A DNA stretch of 64,000 nucleotides from positions 1-64,000 of IMG/VR virus record IMGVR_UViG_3300025437_000010. The stretch is one strand, 5' to 3'. The notes beneath the pieces were generated by a model. That model made no database searches, was not told the origin of the DNA, and saw only the letters and a list, made by a program, of their open reading frames with translations. The first letter of the stretch is position 1. Each line of letters starts with the position of its first letter. Source of the DNA: a virus. Made by a program: the position numbers and the translations under genes. Shown here one piece after another: positions 55,700 through 64,000 of the stretch.

Positions 55700-56305
55700 A
55701 TGAATATCTTTGTGATTGAGCAATGTCCCATAATATCAGCAATGGGTCTGGTAGATAAGCATGTAACTAAAATGTGCGTTGAATCGGCACAATTGCTTTC
55801 AACTGCTCATCGCGTTCTTGATGGCGTAGAAGTGACTAACATATCTCCTACTGGACGTAAGAAAAAAGAGTGGAAATTCAATGATGTTCGTGATGAGTTA
55901 CTTTACGCTAATACTCACATCAATCATCCTAGTGCTATTTGGGCGCGAGCAACTAGTGAAAACTATTTGTGGTTGTATAATCATTTTGTGGCTCTTGGTG
56001 CAGAGTATACTCATCGCTACGGGAAACAACATCTGTCCTGCATTAAACTTGAATCTATCCTCAAATCACCACCATCTAATATACCCTTTGCACCTATAAC
56101 TTTGATGCCATCTTGCATGGATGATAAGTATAAGGTCGGAGACGATCCGATAGAGAATTATCGCAACTATTACGCTGTAGGCAAGGCAAGTCTGCATCAG
56201 TGGTCTAATCGTCTCCCTCCACTGTGGATGCAGGGTGAAGTCGTTATTGTTCCTCGTGATGACGATACTGAAAGCAGCAGGATAGTGTACACAATTAAAA
56301 GGTAA
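55700..56305 (+). CDS. Pyrimidine-dimer DNA glycosylase-like (DenV-related) protein
   Basis: MNIF...DKHV.KM..ESAQLLSTAH, H.NHPS..W and EYT.RYGK.H. Confidence 0.6.
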   Translation: MNIFVIEQCPIISAMGLVDKHVTKMCVESAQLLSTAHRVLDGVEVTNISPTGRKKKEWKFNDVRDELLYANTHINHPSAIWARATSENYLWLYNHFVALGAEYTHRYGKQHLSCIKLESILKSPPSNIPFAPITLMPSCMDDKYKVGDDPIENYRNYYAVGKASLHQWSNRLPPLWMQGEVVIVPRDDDTESSRIVYTIKR

Positions 56306-56308
56306 AAT

Positions 56309-56761
56309 ATGCTAAAGAAATTTATAAAATGGTTAACGATGGAAGATGTTCTGTCAGGGAAAGTAGTACCTGAAACCCAACTTGAATCCCCAATGCCTCC
56401 GGTAAAGGCTCCACGTAAGCCTAAAGCGGCTCCCCTAGAGTTAACACCCAAGGAGCTTGCAACATCAAAGGGTGAGCCTTATATTGCCATCCTTAGTGTA
56501 GACCTTGATCCTTCCGATATTAATAATGGGTCGTTTGATCTTGATTGGAATGACAAGTTCATAATCAATCTGATCAAACAGGGATACAAATACAGCAAGA
56601 ACGATACAGATCAAATGATCGTTGATCGTTGGTTTCAAACCGTATGTCGTAATATCGCTCTTGAAGTATATGAACAAGAAATTGCCGATCCAGACAAGCG
56701 CGATGATGTTCGCATTATTCAGCAGCGTGATTTGGGCGGTGGGTTCACCGAAGTAAGTTAA
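56309..56761 (+). CDS. Conserved hypothetical protein
   Basis: KE.AT..GEPY, G.F.LDWN..F and IVDRWF..VCRN. Confidence 0.65.
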   Translation: MLKKFIKWLTMEDVLSGKVVPETQLESPMPPVKAPRKPKAAPLELTPKELATSKGEPYIAILSVDLDPSDINNGSFDLDWNDKFIINLIKQGYKYSKNDTDQMIVDRWFQTVCRNIALEVYEQEIADPDKRDDVRIIQQRDLGGGFTEVS

Positions 56762-56784
56762 ATCAATAAAGGAAAAAATATTTA

Positions 56785-57336
56785 ATGATTAAAAATGCAC
56801 TTTCTCGTCCTGAAGCACAAATGATTTTAAAGAAAGCTACGGTTGATCCATTTAAAGGAACCGTATTAGAAGGCTACAAAGCGATAGGACCAAAACAAAA
56901 GGGCGGATATGGAGAATACGTCATTTCTGATATGCTCAAAACGGATTATGGTTTTACTGTAGAAAAACCACAAAATGCAAGCCATGACCGGATTGTTCAA
57001 GGCCATAAAACTGAAATGAAGTTTTCTGTTGCGCTTACGGACCATGGAACTGGCGGATGTAAGGAAGACAGTTTCATATTTAATCATATTGCTATCTCTA
57101 AGGATTGGGATAGGATTATATTTTGCGGAATCAATTTGGAATTAGACAACTCGCATGTTGTTTGGATGTCCAAAGAAGATTTTATTGGCGCTCGTGATTC
57201 AGGAGAACTTCAAAAATATTTTACTCCCCAGCAAGGTGGTAAAAATGGCGGAAATGATGATTATATGCTCAATGGAGTTGAAACCTTTAAGCAGTTTTTA
57301 AATTCTGGATTGGCCAGAGATATCTCAACATGGTAA
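56785..57336 (+). CDS. Putative type II restriction endonuclease (PD-(D/E)xK)
   Basis: KG.YGE, HDRIV.G.KTEMKFS and F.FNHI; overlaps an MTase gene. Confidence 0.55.
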   Translation: MIKNALSRPEAQMILKKATVDPFKGTVLEGYKAIGPKQKGGYGEYVISDMLKTDYGFTVEKPQNASHDRIVQGHKTEMKFSVALTDHGTGGCKEDSFIFNHIAISKDWDRIIFCGINLELDNSHVVWMSKEDFIGARDSGELQKYFTPQQGGKNGGNDDYMLNGVETFKQFLNSGLARDISTW

Positions 57337-58085
57337 ACTTTGATCTAAGACAAGGCGATTGCTTAGATATTCTAAAGACTTTAGACGAAGATTCGGTTGA
57401 TTTGCTCCTTGTTGATCTTCCGTATGGAACTACTGCCTGTAAGTGGGATAGCGTATTGCCTCTTGATGAATTGTGGAAAGAATACTACCGAGTCTGTAAA
57501 AAGTCTGCAGCGATGGTATTCACCGCTGCACAGCCATTTACCACTACACTGATAGCTTCCAATCTCAAGCACTTCAAGTATGAGTGGATTTGGGAGAAGC
57601 CGCAGGGAACAAATCCTATGTGTGCTAAGTCTATGCCTCTTAAATCACATGAAAACATTGTTGTGTTTTGTAGGCAGAAAACGATATACAATCCACAAAT
57701 GACACAGGGAACACCATACAAAGGATTTTCCAGCGATAGCTCTAAGATTGGTGAGGTATACGGCAGCGCCAATTCTGTGCATAGAGATAACCCTGATGGA
57801 ACACGTTACCCCAAAACGGTCTTGCGTTTTAAACAGGAAAAGGGATTTCATCCCACTCAAAAGCCAGTTGCTCTTATGGAATACCTAATCAACACCTACA
57901 GCAATCCGAACGATGTTGTTTTGGACAATACTATGGGTTCCGGAACAACCGGAGTTGCTTGTAAAAATCTTGGAAGAAGCTTCATCGGGATAGAGAAGGA
58001 AGAAAAGTATTTTGAGATTGCAAAATCTCGTATTTTTCCGCCGCCCGTCCTCAACTCTGAATTGTTTGATGAAAGTTCAACGTAA
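57330..58085 (+). CDS. N6-A/N4-C DNA methyltransferase (beta class)
   Basis: GDCL, DLPYG (motif IV), HPTQKP and VLDNTMGSGTTG (motif I). Confidence 0.92.
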   Translation: MVNFDLRQGDCLDILKTLDEDSVDLLLVDLPYGTTACKWDSVLPLDELWKEYYRVCKKSAAMVFTAAQPFTTTLIASNLKHFKYEWIWEKPQGTNPMCAKSMPLKSHENIVVFCRQKTIYNPQMTQGTPYKGFSSDSSKIGEVYGSANSVHRDNPDGTRYPKTVLRFKQEKGFHPTQKPVALMEYLINTYSNPNDVVLDNTMGSGTTGVACKNLGRSFIGIEKEEKYFEIAKSRIFPPPVLNSELFDESST

Positions 58086-58088
58086 ATC

Positions 58089-58117
58089 TTGACATATAAG
58101 CATATTATGTGTATAAT
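58089..58117 (+). promoter_or_regulatory. sigma70 consensus promoter
   Basis: TTGACA-N17-TATAAT, a perfect consensus. Confidence 0.8.
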
Positions 58118-58142
58118 GTTTGTATATTAATGAAGGAATCAT

Positions 58143-59144
58143 ATGAACTACGCCCTGATCGATACTGCCAATACTTTTTTCCGTGCGCGACATGTCGCTT
58201 CTAAAAGTCATGACACGTGGGAAAAAATTGGCATGGCAATGCACCTTACGTTATCTTCGGTAAATCAGATGGTGCGTAAATTTGGTATTGATCATGTGAT
58301 TTTTTGTCTTGAAGGACGTTCTTGGCGTAAGGAATTCTACAAGCCATATAAGGCTAACCGCTCGGTTGATCCTAAAACGCTGACTCAAGCCCAAATTGAA
58401 GAAGACAAAATGTTCTGGGAAACCTACGAACATTTTGTAACTTTTCTTCGTGAAAAGACTAATGCATCTGTTCTTCGTTGCTCAACCGCCGAAGCAGATG
58501 ATTTGATTGCAAGATTCATTCATTTACATCCTCATGACCAGCATTTTATTATCTCTTCTGACACTGATTTTGTTCAATTGATCAGTGAAAACGTCCATCA
58601 ATATAATGGTGTTGCTGGGCAGTTGATCAAACTTGATGGGTATTACGATGATCGTGATCGTCCGGTAAAGGACAAAAAAACCAAGGAACATAAGTTGCTT
58701 GAGGACCCTGAGTATCTTCTGTTTAAGAAGTGTATCAGGGGAGATGCTACTGACAATGTGTTCAGTGCTTATCCCGGCGTTCGCGAGAAAGGAACTAAAA
58801 ATTCTGTTGGTATCAAAGAGGCGTTTGATGATCGGACCAAACAGGGGTTCAACTGGAATAACTTGATGCTGCAAAAGTGGGTAGATCACAATGATGTTGA
58901 ACACCGAGTCAAAGATGATTATGAACGCAATCGCACTCTGATTGACCTGACTGCGCAACCACAAGAAATTAAAGATGCAGTTGATGATATCATTCGTTCA
59001 GAAATCAGGACCACAATAACTCCTCAAGTTGGAATTCACTTGATGAAATTTTGTGGAAAGTATGAACTTAATAAAATTTCAGAATCCGCAGACATTTATG
59101 CAAAATGGCTGAATTCTCCGTATAAGGGGGTGCTTCATGGGTGA
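58143..59144 (+). CDS. T4 RNase H-like 5'-3' exonuclease / flap endonuclease
   Basis: LIDTAN, SWRK...YK.NR, EADDLIA, ISSD.DF.QL, GD..DNV and N..LIDL. Confidence 0.88.
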   Translation: MNYALIDTANTFFRARHVASKSHDTWEKIGMAMHLTLSSVNQMVRKFGIDHVIFCLEGRSWRKEFYKPYKANRSVDPKTLTQAQIEEDKMFWETYEHFVTFLREKTNASVLRCSTAEADDLIARFIHLHPHDQHFIISSDTDFVQLISENVHQYNGVAGQLIKLDGYYDDRDRPVKDKKTKEHKLLEDPEYLLFKKCIRGDATDNVFSAYPGVREKGTKNSVGIKEAFDDRTKQGFNWNNLMLQKWVDHNDVEHRVKDDYERNRTLIDLTAQPQEIKDAVDDIIRSEIRTTITPQVGIHLMKFCGKYELNKISESADIYAKWLNSPYKGVLHG

Positions 59145-59343
59145 TTATGAACTCAATAAATGTGTTTGCGGTAAAACTCCCATTTTGTGCGAGCCTAACT
59201 ATGCAGATGACAGTGATACTATGGTAGTGTGCGAGTATTGTGACCGGCACACAGATGGTTTCATTTTCGGAGAGTATAGAGAGGGGTCTGAACTGGCAGT
59301 TGAAGCATGGAATCGCGGGGAGATTAATCAATATCATGACTAA
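59137..59343 (+). CDS. Lar-like restriction alleviation zinc-ribbon protein
   Basis: L.KC.CG, V.C..C and A.EAWNR. Confidence 0.6.
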   Translation: MGDYELNKCVCGKTPILCEPNYADDSDTMVVCEYCDRHTDGFIFGEYREGSELAVEAWNRGEINQYHD

Positions 59344-59752
59344 TTGGGTTAAAATGTCTGACTGGTTGAACGATTTCCAAAGTGGAAACAGAGGTTTTCG
59401 TCCGGGAATGGAAGTTAAACTTGTTACTAGTGTCCGACAACAAGGCAAGTCTGTAATTATGGACATACAATCCGACACGTTTACTGATTGGGAGCATGTT
59501 TTACGTCCACATTACGTAGAAATGTATAATGAATCTGATCAACTACAGTGGTACAGATATCCTAAGAAGCCAAATATGAGCGTCATATATGAAGCTACCA
59601 CAGTTGTTCGTCAGAATTCTGATGGCTCATTTGAGTACACCAAGAATCGCGCTGGCACTGGTATAAGAGTCCTTAATGAAGAGGAAGAAAAGGAATTTCT
59701 GTTTATCATTCTGAAAGCAAAACCTATGCATCTTGGGGCAAAATTTACATGA
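59336..59752 (+). CDS. Hypothetical protein
   Basis: GGAG RBS and ATG at 59336. Confidence 0.5.
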   Translation: MTNWVKMSDWLNDFQSGNRGFRPGMEVKLVTSVRQQGKSVIMDIQSDTFTDWEHVLRPHYVEMYNESDQLQWYRYPKKPNMSVIYEATTVVRQNSDGSFEYTKNRAGTGIRVLNEEEEKEFLFIILKAKPMHLGAKFT

Positions 59753-60207
59753 CCGGATTAGTAGCAAAACCAATCATCAAGAACCAATTCTGGATTGTCA
59801 CGGACGGAGAAAAGAAAGTTGGCAACATTGAAGCCAATAATGCTGGTTACGGTGTACAGCTTAATGGTAACTTCCTTCAGTTTGATAATGCAAACGAATT
59901 GAAGAAGACGACTCAAATTCGGTTTGAGCCACTTAAGTCAAATAATACCAAAGTGGCAATGCCATATCCACAGTATCCGACGCCACCAAAGATTTATAAT
60001 TCTATCTTTGATGTTCAGCGTGGGCTTCATTTATTTACTACTTCTAAAAAGAGCAAATGTCTGCATGCCGCAGGATGGTTTGCGATAAATCAAAATGATG
60101 TTAAACAAGTAGTTTTTTGTCCAAAATATATATTCATTCAACGCTATTCTTATGATGGTCCATACAAAACCCAAGAAGAAGCACAGAGCATGATAAATAC
60201 TCAATGA
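59749..60207 (+). CDS. Conserved hypothetical protein
   Basis: AKPIIKNQFWIV, FT...KSKC..AAGW and CPK.I.IQRY...GP.KT. Confidence 0.65.
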   Translation: MTGLVAKPIIKNQFWIVTDGEKKVGNIEANNAGYGVQLNGNFLQFDNANELKKTTQIRFEPLKSNNTKVAMPYPQYPTPPKIYNSIFDVQRGLHLFTTSKKSKCLHAAGWFAINQNDVKQVVFCPKYIFIQRYSYDGPYKTQEEAQSMINTQ

Positions 60208-60419
60208 ACCATATTCACATCAAAAAATTTATAGATAAATTAGCAGTCATGGAGACAAAACAATCACGAGATGTTGTTTTATCTGCTGCTGATGCTCGTG
60301 GATTACGCGATGAGATTTCAAAATTATTGTCAGATTTGTATGAGTTGAGTAATGCAAGGACGAACGAAAAATTAAATGAAGTGATACAGGTAGAAATTAA
60401 AGGCGGTTCGTTTAAATGA
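60204..60419 (+). CDS. Hypothetical protein
   Basis: ATGA coupling; ends GGSF; ATAAATA at 60193-99. Confidence 0.6.
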   Translation: MNHIHIKKFIDKLAVMETKQSRDVVLSAADARGLRDEISKLLSDLYELSNARTNEKLNEVIQVEIKGGSFK

Positions 60420-60715
60420 GCAGAACACAACCAAAAATTTTATTGGAACATGTAGATAAAAAAACATATAAAAATGATCAGATCGTAGAAGCTGCCGGAA
60501 TATGGGCTGTATTTTATGATGATCAGCCCATCAATCTCAAATCGTCACATTATCTTGCAAACGATGCTGCTCCGAAATACAAGAAAACCAGTTTTTCTAA
60601 TCCCGGACATGCTCGTAATTTATGTCGCAAATTAAATGCACAGTTTCATACTGATAAGTTTACTGTTGTTTTCCTAAATTCTGGTCGCACCGTATATCCA
60701 GATGACTTATCATAA
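60416..60715 (+). CDS. Conserved hypothetical protein
   Basis: WAVFY, PINLK and KYKKTSFSNPGHA. Confidence 0.65.
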   Translation: MSRTQPKILLEHVDKKTYKNDQIVEAAGIWAVFYDDQPINLKSSHYLANDAAPKYKKTSFSNPGHARNLCRKLNAQFHTDKFTVVFLNSGRTVYPDDLS

Positions 60716-61103
60716 AACTAAGAAAGAGATAACAGAAAAAATCCTTTCAGAATTTTCTGATGTTGAAGAAAATATCTGGGGTGAGTTACCAATTGATAAG
60801 CTCATATTTCGTTGGTGGACTACGGGTAGAGGTGGAAGTGGTCTCAGGCTGTCAGAAGAAGGTATGAGAGCCTTTGAAATTGCTAAAATAGCCCACTATG
60901 AATTTCCTTTGGGCGACCTTGATAGAAAAATATGGGATTCTTTTATAAAAGATTTAACAAAAAAGCTTGACTGTCCCTACTATCTTGGTGTATACAGAGA
61001 AGGTGATAGTAAGGGTCCCTATATCAGAATATATGACCATAAGATCGCAATGATGTTGACACTCTACGGAAATCTGAAAGAATATTTAGAATCTCGTAAG
61101 TAA
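60702..61103 (+). CDS. Hypothetical protein
   Basis: WW...GLRLS..G and CPYY motifs. Confidence 0.6.
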   Translation: MTYHKTKKEITEKILSEFSDVEENIWGELPIDKLIFRWWTTGRGGSGLRLSEEGMRAFEIAKIAHYEFPLGDLDRKIWDSFIKDLTKKLDCPYYLGVYREGDSKGPYIRIYDHKIAMMLTLYGNLKEYLESRK

Positions 61104-61128
61104 CTTGTGTTTTTGTGTAGCATCATAA

Positions 61129-61136
61129 TATAAATA
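61129..61136 (+). promoter_or_regulatory. Late promoter (TATAAATA)
   Basis: Exact T4 late consensus in an intergenic gap. Confidence 0.65.
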
Positions 61137-61176
61137 TGACCGTGGGTTTTCCACTACAACCAAAAGGGAAAGTAAA

Positions 61177-61302
61177 ATGAGTAATTACTCAAATGCATCA
61201 TATTTGACCAAAACTCCTATGGTAATCAAGGTTTCCAGAGTAGCAGGTCTAATTATTGTAAGTTTGTGCTTGGCAACACTGTACAACGTTTTAGGTCTAT
61301 AA
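61177..61302 (+). CDS. 41-aa single-TM peptide (not in the ORF track)
   Basis: MSNYSNASYLTKTPMVIKVSRVAGLIIVSLCLATLYNVLGL*; AGGGA RBS. Confidence 0.55.
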   Translation: MSNYSNASYLTKTPMVIKVSRVAGLIIVSLCLATLYNVLGL

Positions 61303-61313
61303 GGAAGTTAGAT

Positions 61314-61376
61314 ATGTTTCCATATACAGAAGAAGAATGGGAATATATTTCTAAAGTCAAAATCATGAGTTTGTAA
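61314..61376 (+). CDS. 20-aa mini-ORF (not in the ORF track)
   Basis: MFPYTEEEWEYISKVKIMSL*; AAGGA RBS. Confidence 0.4.
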   Translation: MFPYTEEEWEYISKVKIMSL

Positions 61377-61417
61377 CAATCTAACTGGGACAAAATTTTT
61401 AATATTCCAGCAACGAT

Positions 61418-61447
61418 TGCCCGAAGGAAACTTCGGGCATTTTGTTG
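61418..61447 (+). terminator. Intrinsic terminator
   Basis: TGCCCGAAG-GAAA-CTTCGGGCA followed by TTTTGTT. Confidence 0.85.
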
Positions 61448-61476
61448 TTGACAGGATATATAAATGTGGGTATAAG
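61448..61476 (+). promoter_or_regulatory. sigma70-type early promoter
   Basis: TTGACA-N17-TATAAG. Confidence 0.7.
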
Positions 61477-61500
61477 TAAAGCATTCAACGGAGAAGTGTC

Positions 61501-61650
61501 ATGAAGAAGGAAGTAATTCAATTTCAGGCGGGTCGTCCCAAAACTCGTGCACACCATGTGTTGTACGGTGATACTCCGTTTAAGCCTAAAATCGTTGAAA
61601 ACAAGACGCGCTACAAGCGTAAGCCTAAACATCCGAAAGGGGATTGGTAA
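61501..61650 (+). CDS. 49-aa basic ArfA-like peptide (not in the ORF track)
   Basis: MKKEVIQFQAGRPKTRAHHVLYGDTPFKPKIVENKTRYKRKPKHPKGDW*; GGAG RBS; first gene after a promoter. Confidence 0.6.
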   Translation: MKKEVIQFQAGRPKTRAHHVLYGDTPFKPKIVENKTRYKRKPKHPKGDW

Positions 61651-61651
61651 C

Positions 61652-62056
61652 ATGAAAGATAAAATCATCAAATTTAAAATTTTGATCCTCGGGGCAGCAC
61701 TTATTGCCGCAATTATTTCGTGTTACGTTATATACAAATATGTCATATACAAACCGTTGATTAATGATCATATTCCAAAACAAATTGATAAGTGCAGTGA
61801 TCAAACAGTAGTTGCCGTGGTTTATTCTCTTCGCACAGACCCGCAATCATGGACATCTGATTCATATAATTTGAGTTATGGAAATGCCGTTAAGATATGG
61901 GTGGCAAACGAAGATTATGGGCTTAATATCGGTCTTGGCAGTGATATATCCAATGGTGCGAAATATGATATGTCTGATGAATGCCGCGCTTTGTTGTATT
62001 CTGCAACGCAGGATTGGCGCACAAATTACGTCACCACAAAATTGAAGGAAGAGTAA
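61652..62056 (+). CDS. Membrane-anchored hypothetical protein
   Basis: ATG at 61652; N-terminal TM segment. Confidence 0.6.
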   Translation: MKDKIIKFKILILGAALIAAIISCYVIYKYVIYKPLINDHIPKQIDKCSDQTVVAVVYSLRTDPQSWTSDSYNLSYGNAVKIWVANEDYGLNIGLGSDISNGAKYDMSDECRALLYSATQDWRTNYVTTKLKEE

Positions 62057-62057
62057 C

Positions 62058-62360
62058 ATGCCCTACGGCATTGAAGACGCTATTCAAGATGAAATTGTGC
62101 TGCTTGATGATCTGATTATATGGGCAACCAAAAATGATAAGATTTTTTTGGAAAAAATTTACACCGTCAAGCGCCAAAGTCTAAATCATATTATTGAACG
62201 AATGAAAGGATATGATTTTAAGCTGTCTGTTAATAATGACGGAAAGGTGTTTGTTGGAGGATCACAATCTAACCGCAAAACTCTTGAAGAAGAATATCCT
62301 GCTTTGAAAAAAGTAGCAGAAGAATATGATATTATAAAAAATCTCGTAAAAAGCAGTTGA
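62058..62360 (+). CDS. Hypothetical protein
   Basis: C-terminal EEYPALKK.AE.Y motif. Confidence 0.55.
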   Translation: MPYGIEDAIQDEIVLLDDLIIWATKNDKIFLEKIYTVKRQSLNHIIERMKGYDFKLSVNNDGKVFVGGSQSNRKTLEEEYPALKKVAEEYDIIKNLVKSS

Positions 62361-62385
62361 CAGCCGGGTCATACAAAGCTATGCA
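62357..62385 (+). promoter_or_regulatory. sigma70-type promoter (weak -10)
   Basis: TTGACA-N17-TATGCA. Confidence 0.45.
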
Positions 62386-62416
62386 TTGCTCATAGGTTCT
62401 AATAAAGGATTTCAAA

Positions 62417-63082
62417 ATGGGTTCTTATCGCAATAACTATGCTCGCAAGGTCGCTGATACTGCTCGCTTCAACACTCGCGAAGCGTTTGCTGCTGCATGT
62501 GCTGCTCAGCGCGTTAACGGTGACTATCTCAAGCTTTCCGAAACCGATCATCAAGGTGATCGGGTGCGTATCGCCAATAAGCATCTTACTCGCGATTTTA
62601 TTGACAGTAAGTTTGACATTCGCGAAGAAGACCGTGCGCAAGCCGAAAACGTGATTCTCCATTTTCAGGGGCTGACTTTCAAAATTCTTCAAGGCAAGGT
62701 CCTCAGTGATTTTGAGACTAAGGCCATGGAATGCGCAACTTGCGAAGAAGTTGGTGTTTTTGAACTCGCTGTGATTTCTTCACTTCCTTCTTGTTACATT
62801 CGCGCCAAGGCTCGTCAAGACACTGATTCTCGTCTTCGTGACACTGACGGTTATATCGGTAACGTTGGTGATAAGGTTGATATTTACGATTTTGAAATTG
62901 TGCGCTGCCGCTATTCTGAAAATTGGAACACCTACTTTGTTACGGGTATCACACCCGATAATAAGGCGGTGTTCTTTTCCTACCGCAACAATATTGATGT
63001 TGGGGCCATCGTCAACCTGTCTGGTAAGGTCAAGGCACACAAAGAAAATCAGACACAACTTAATTATGTAAAGGGCATTTGA
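62417..63082 (+). CDS. Hypothetical protein with a C-terminal OB-fold-like domain
   Basis: YIG.VGDKV...G.VKAH...TQLNYVK; AAGGA RBS. Confidence 0.6.
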   Translation: MGSYRNNYARKVADTARFNTREAFAAACAAQRVNGDYLKLSETDHQGDRVRIANKHLTRDFIDSKFDIREEDRAQAENVILHFQGLTFKILQGKVLSDFETKAMECATCEEVGVFELAVISSLPSCYIRAKARQDTDSRLRDTDGYIGNVGDKVDIYDFEIVRCRYSENWNTYFVTGITPDNKAVFFSYRNNIDVGAIVNLSGKVKAHKENQTQLNYVKGI

Positions 63083-63083
63083 T

Positions 63084-63332
63084 GTGACCTTCGGAGCACG
63101 TAATGCCTTCATTAAAGAGATATGCAATGCTGGCATTGGTGACTCCGAGAAGACATATATGAAATGGGAGCCAATAATTGCTTGGCTCCCTATTAAAATT
63201 AAAAATAGATACGTTTGGCTTAAAAAAATCTACCGTAGAACAATTTATTATAGGTTTAATGAGGAAGGCGTTCTGGAATATGAATATGGTGATTTGTTTA
63301 CTATATTAGAGAAGGGAACAGAAAATGAATGA
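63084..63332 (+). CDS. Hypothetical protein
   Basis: AWLPIKI...VWLKKIYRR motif. Confidence 0.5.
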   Translation: MTFGARNAFIKEICNAGIGDSEKTYMKWEPIIAWLPIKIKNRYVWLKKIYRRTIYYRFNEEGVLEYEYGDLFTILEKGTENE

Positions 63333-63729
63333 TACACGAAGGGTTTATGCATGGGCAGTTGTAGTCGCGGACGCTATTTTTATGCTTATGTCGGGCGGCT
63401 GTATCGCATATGATTATATTCATTCTGTTCGCTGGGATACTGTGCTACTGAATATCATTATGTTCGGTTTGTGGACATACTGGCTCATTCAAGATACCAA
63501 AAAGCTGCGGCAGAGACACCTTATGTATATGTCAGATCAGGCATTTGACAATCTGAAGGATTGGTTGCTTGATAATAAATGTGATTGGAAGAAAGTTGGT
63601 ATCAGTAACACGTATATCAACAACTTCCTCGTGCCTGCTGCCGGTCTGTATCTTGTAGATTGGACAAGTCGTCAGTTTGCAATCGTTGATAAGAAACGAT
63701 ATGTAGAATTTTCGTTGAGGTATCTATGA
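63325..63729 (+). CDS. Membrane protein (2 TM) with a soluble C-terminal domain
   Basis: Two hydrophobic segments at the N-terminus. Confidence 0.55.
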   Translation: MNDTRRVYAWAVVVADAIFMLMSGGCIAYDYIHSVRWDTVLLNIIMFGLWTYWLIQDTKKLRQRHLMYMSDQAFDNLKDWLLDNKCDWKKVGISNTYINNFLVPAAGLYLVDWTSRQFAIVDKKRYVEFSLRYL

Positions 63730-63947
63730 CTTGTGTTTGGACACTGAAAAAACAGGGGGTTCGCTTCACCTACCAACCTTCAGTTAAAACCTTTTTTTGG
63801 GTTGACGAAAAGTTTTACACTGCTAATAAAGAAGAGATTCTTGAATGGGCTGAGCGATATAACTGTGAGGTTCCTTCAAAAACTTATGGTTGGGTAACTT
63901 GTCCCGATGACGATGTTGCATTGCTTTTTAGGATGATGTGGTCGTGA
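63726..63947 (+). CDS. Hypothetical protein
   Basis: ATGA coupling; ends LLFRMMWS. Confidence 0.55.
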   Translation: MTCVWTLKKQGVRFTYQPSVKTFFWVDEKFYTANKEEILEWAERYNCEVPSKTYGWVTCPDDDVALLFRMMWS

Positions 63948-64000
63948 CTGCTGAATATCTCGTTAGATTCAGTGCCAATCGACTTGTGGTGCGGGAATGG

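Noticed and set aside
61547-61651. N-terminal extension of the tracked ORF 61547..62056
   Set aside because: It overlaps the better-supported ArfA-like ORF; the ATG at 61652 has its own RBS and is followed by a TM segment.
1-64000. Stop-codon reassignment (TAG or TGA), as seen in some large phages
   Set aside because: Known genes are full length in the standard code, TGA ends many genes cleanly, and the polB breaks are explained by an inserted gene and an intron.
1-64000. Bacterial chromosome or prophage origin, suggested by dnaJ, clpA, dps, guaC and csgFG
   Set aside because: These genes are interleaved with virion and T4-like replication genes under phage late promoters, with no integrase or host housekeeping synteny.

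Overview
This window is part of a large, AT-rich, T4-like (probably jumbo) myophage genome with a Gram-negative host. It reads in the standard genetic code and is almost all on the + strand. Two promoter classes recur: host sigma70-type TTGACA-N17-TATAA(G/T) early promoters and T4-like (T)ATAAATA late promoters. Gene order: tail fibre, Gly-rich adhesins, GH19 endolysin and Ig-repeat virion proteins (1-9.5 kb); early genes, a DnaE fragment, GroES, clamp loader, GIY-YIG endonuclease, PhoH, 3TM holin, DnaJ and ClpA (9.5-22 kb); nucleotidyl- and glycosyl-transferases; a 12.7-kb late cluster (25.2-37.9 kb); a CsgF/CsgG/curlin-like/FecR/CHASE2-adenylate cyclase operon (39.3-45.4 kb); a family B DNA polymerase in three pieces, split by a MobE-like HNH gene and interrupted by a 280-nt group I intron that can be mapped to the nucleotide; then a putative sliding clamp, GuaC, an Smr protein, a putative restriction-modification pair, RNase H, a Lar-like protein and an unannotated ArfA-like peptide. 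The best candidate for an undescribed system is the late cluster. Most of its proteins begin with a leader resembling the T4 capsid-targeting sequence (MRAxEFxxE). Several are strings of unrelated enzyme domains (GNAT, GGCT, amidoligase, ParB/Srx, cell-wall hydrolase, HsdS-like TRD) joined at [ILV]-x-E sites. I infer a capsid-packaged, prohead-protease-matured polyprotein effector arsenal, and one domain appears caught after insertion between 18-bp direct repeats. All family calls come from motif recognition by eye; no database searches were run.
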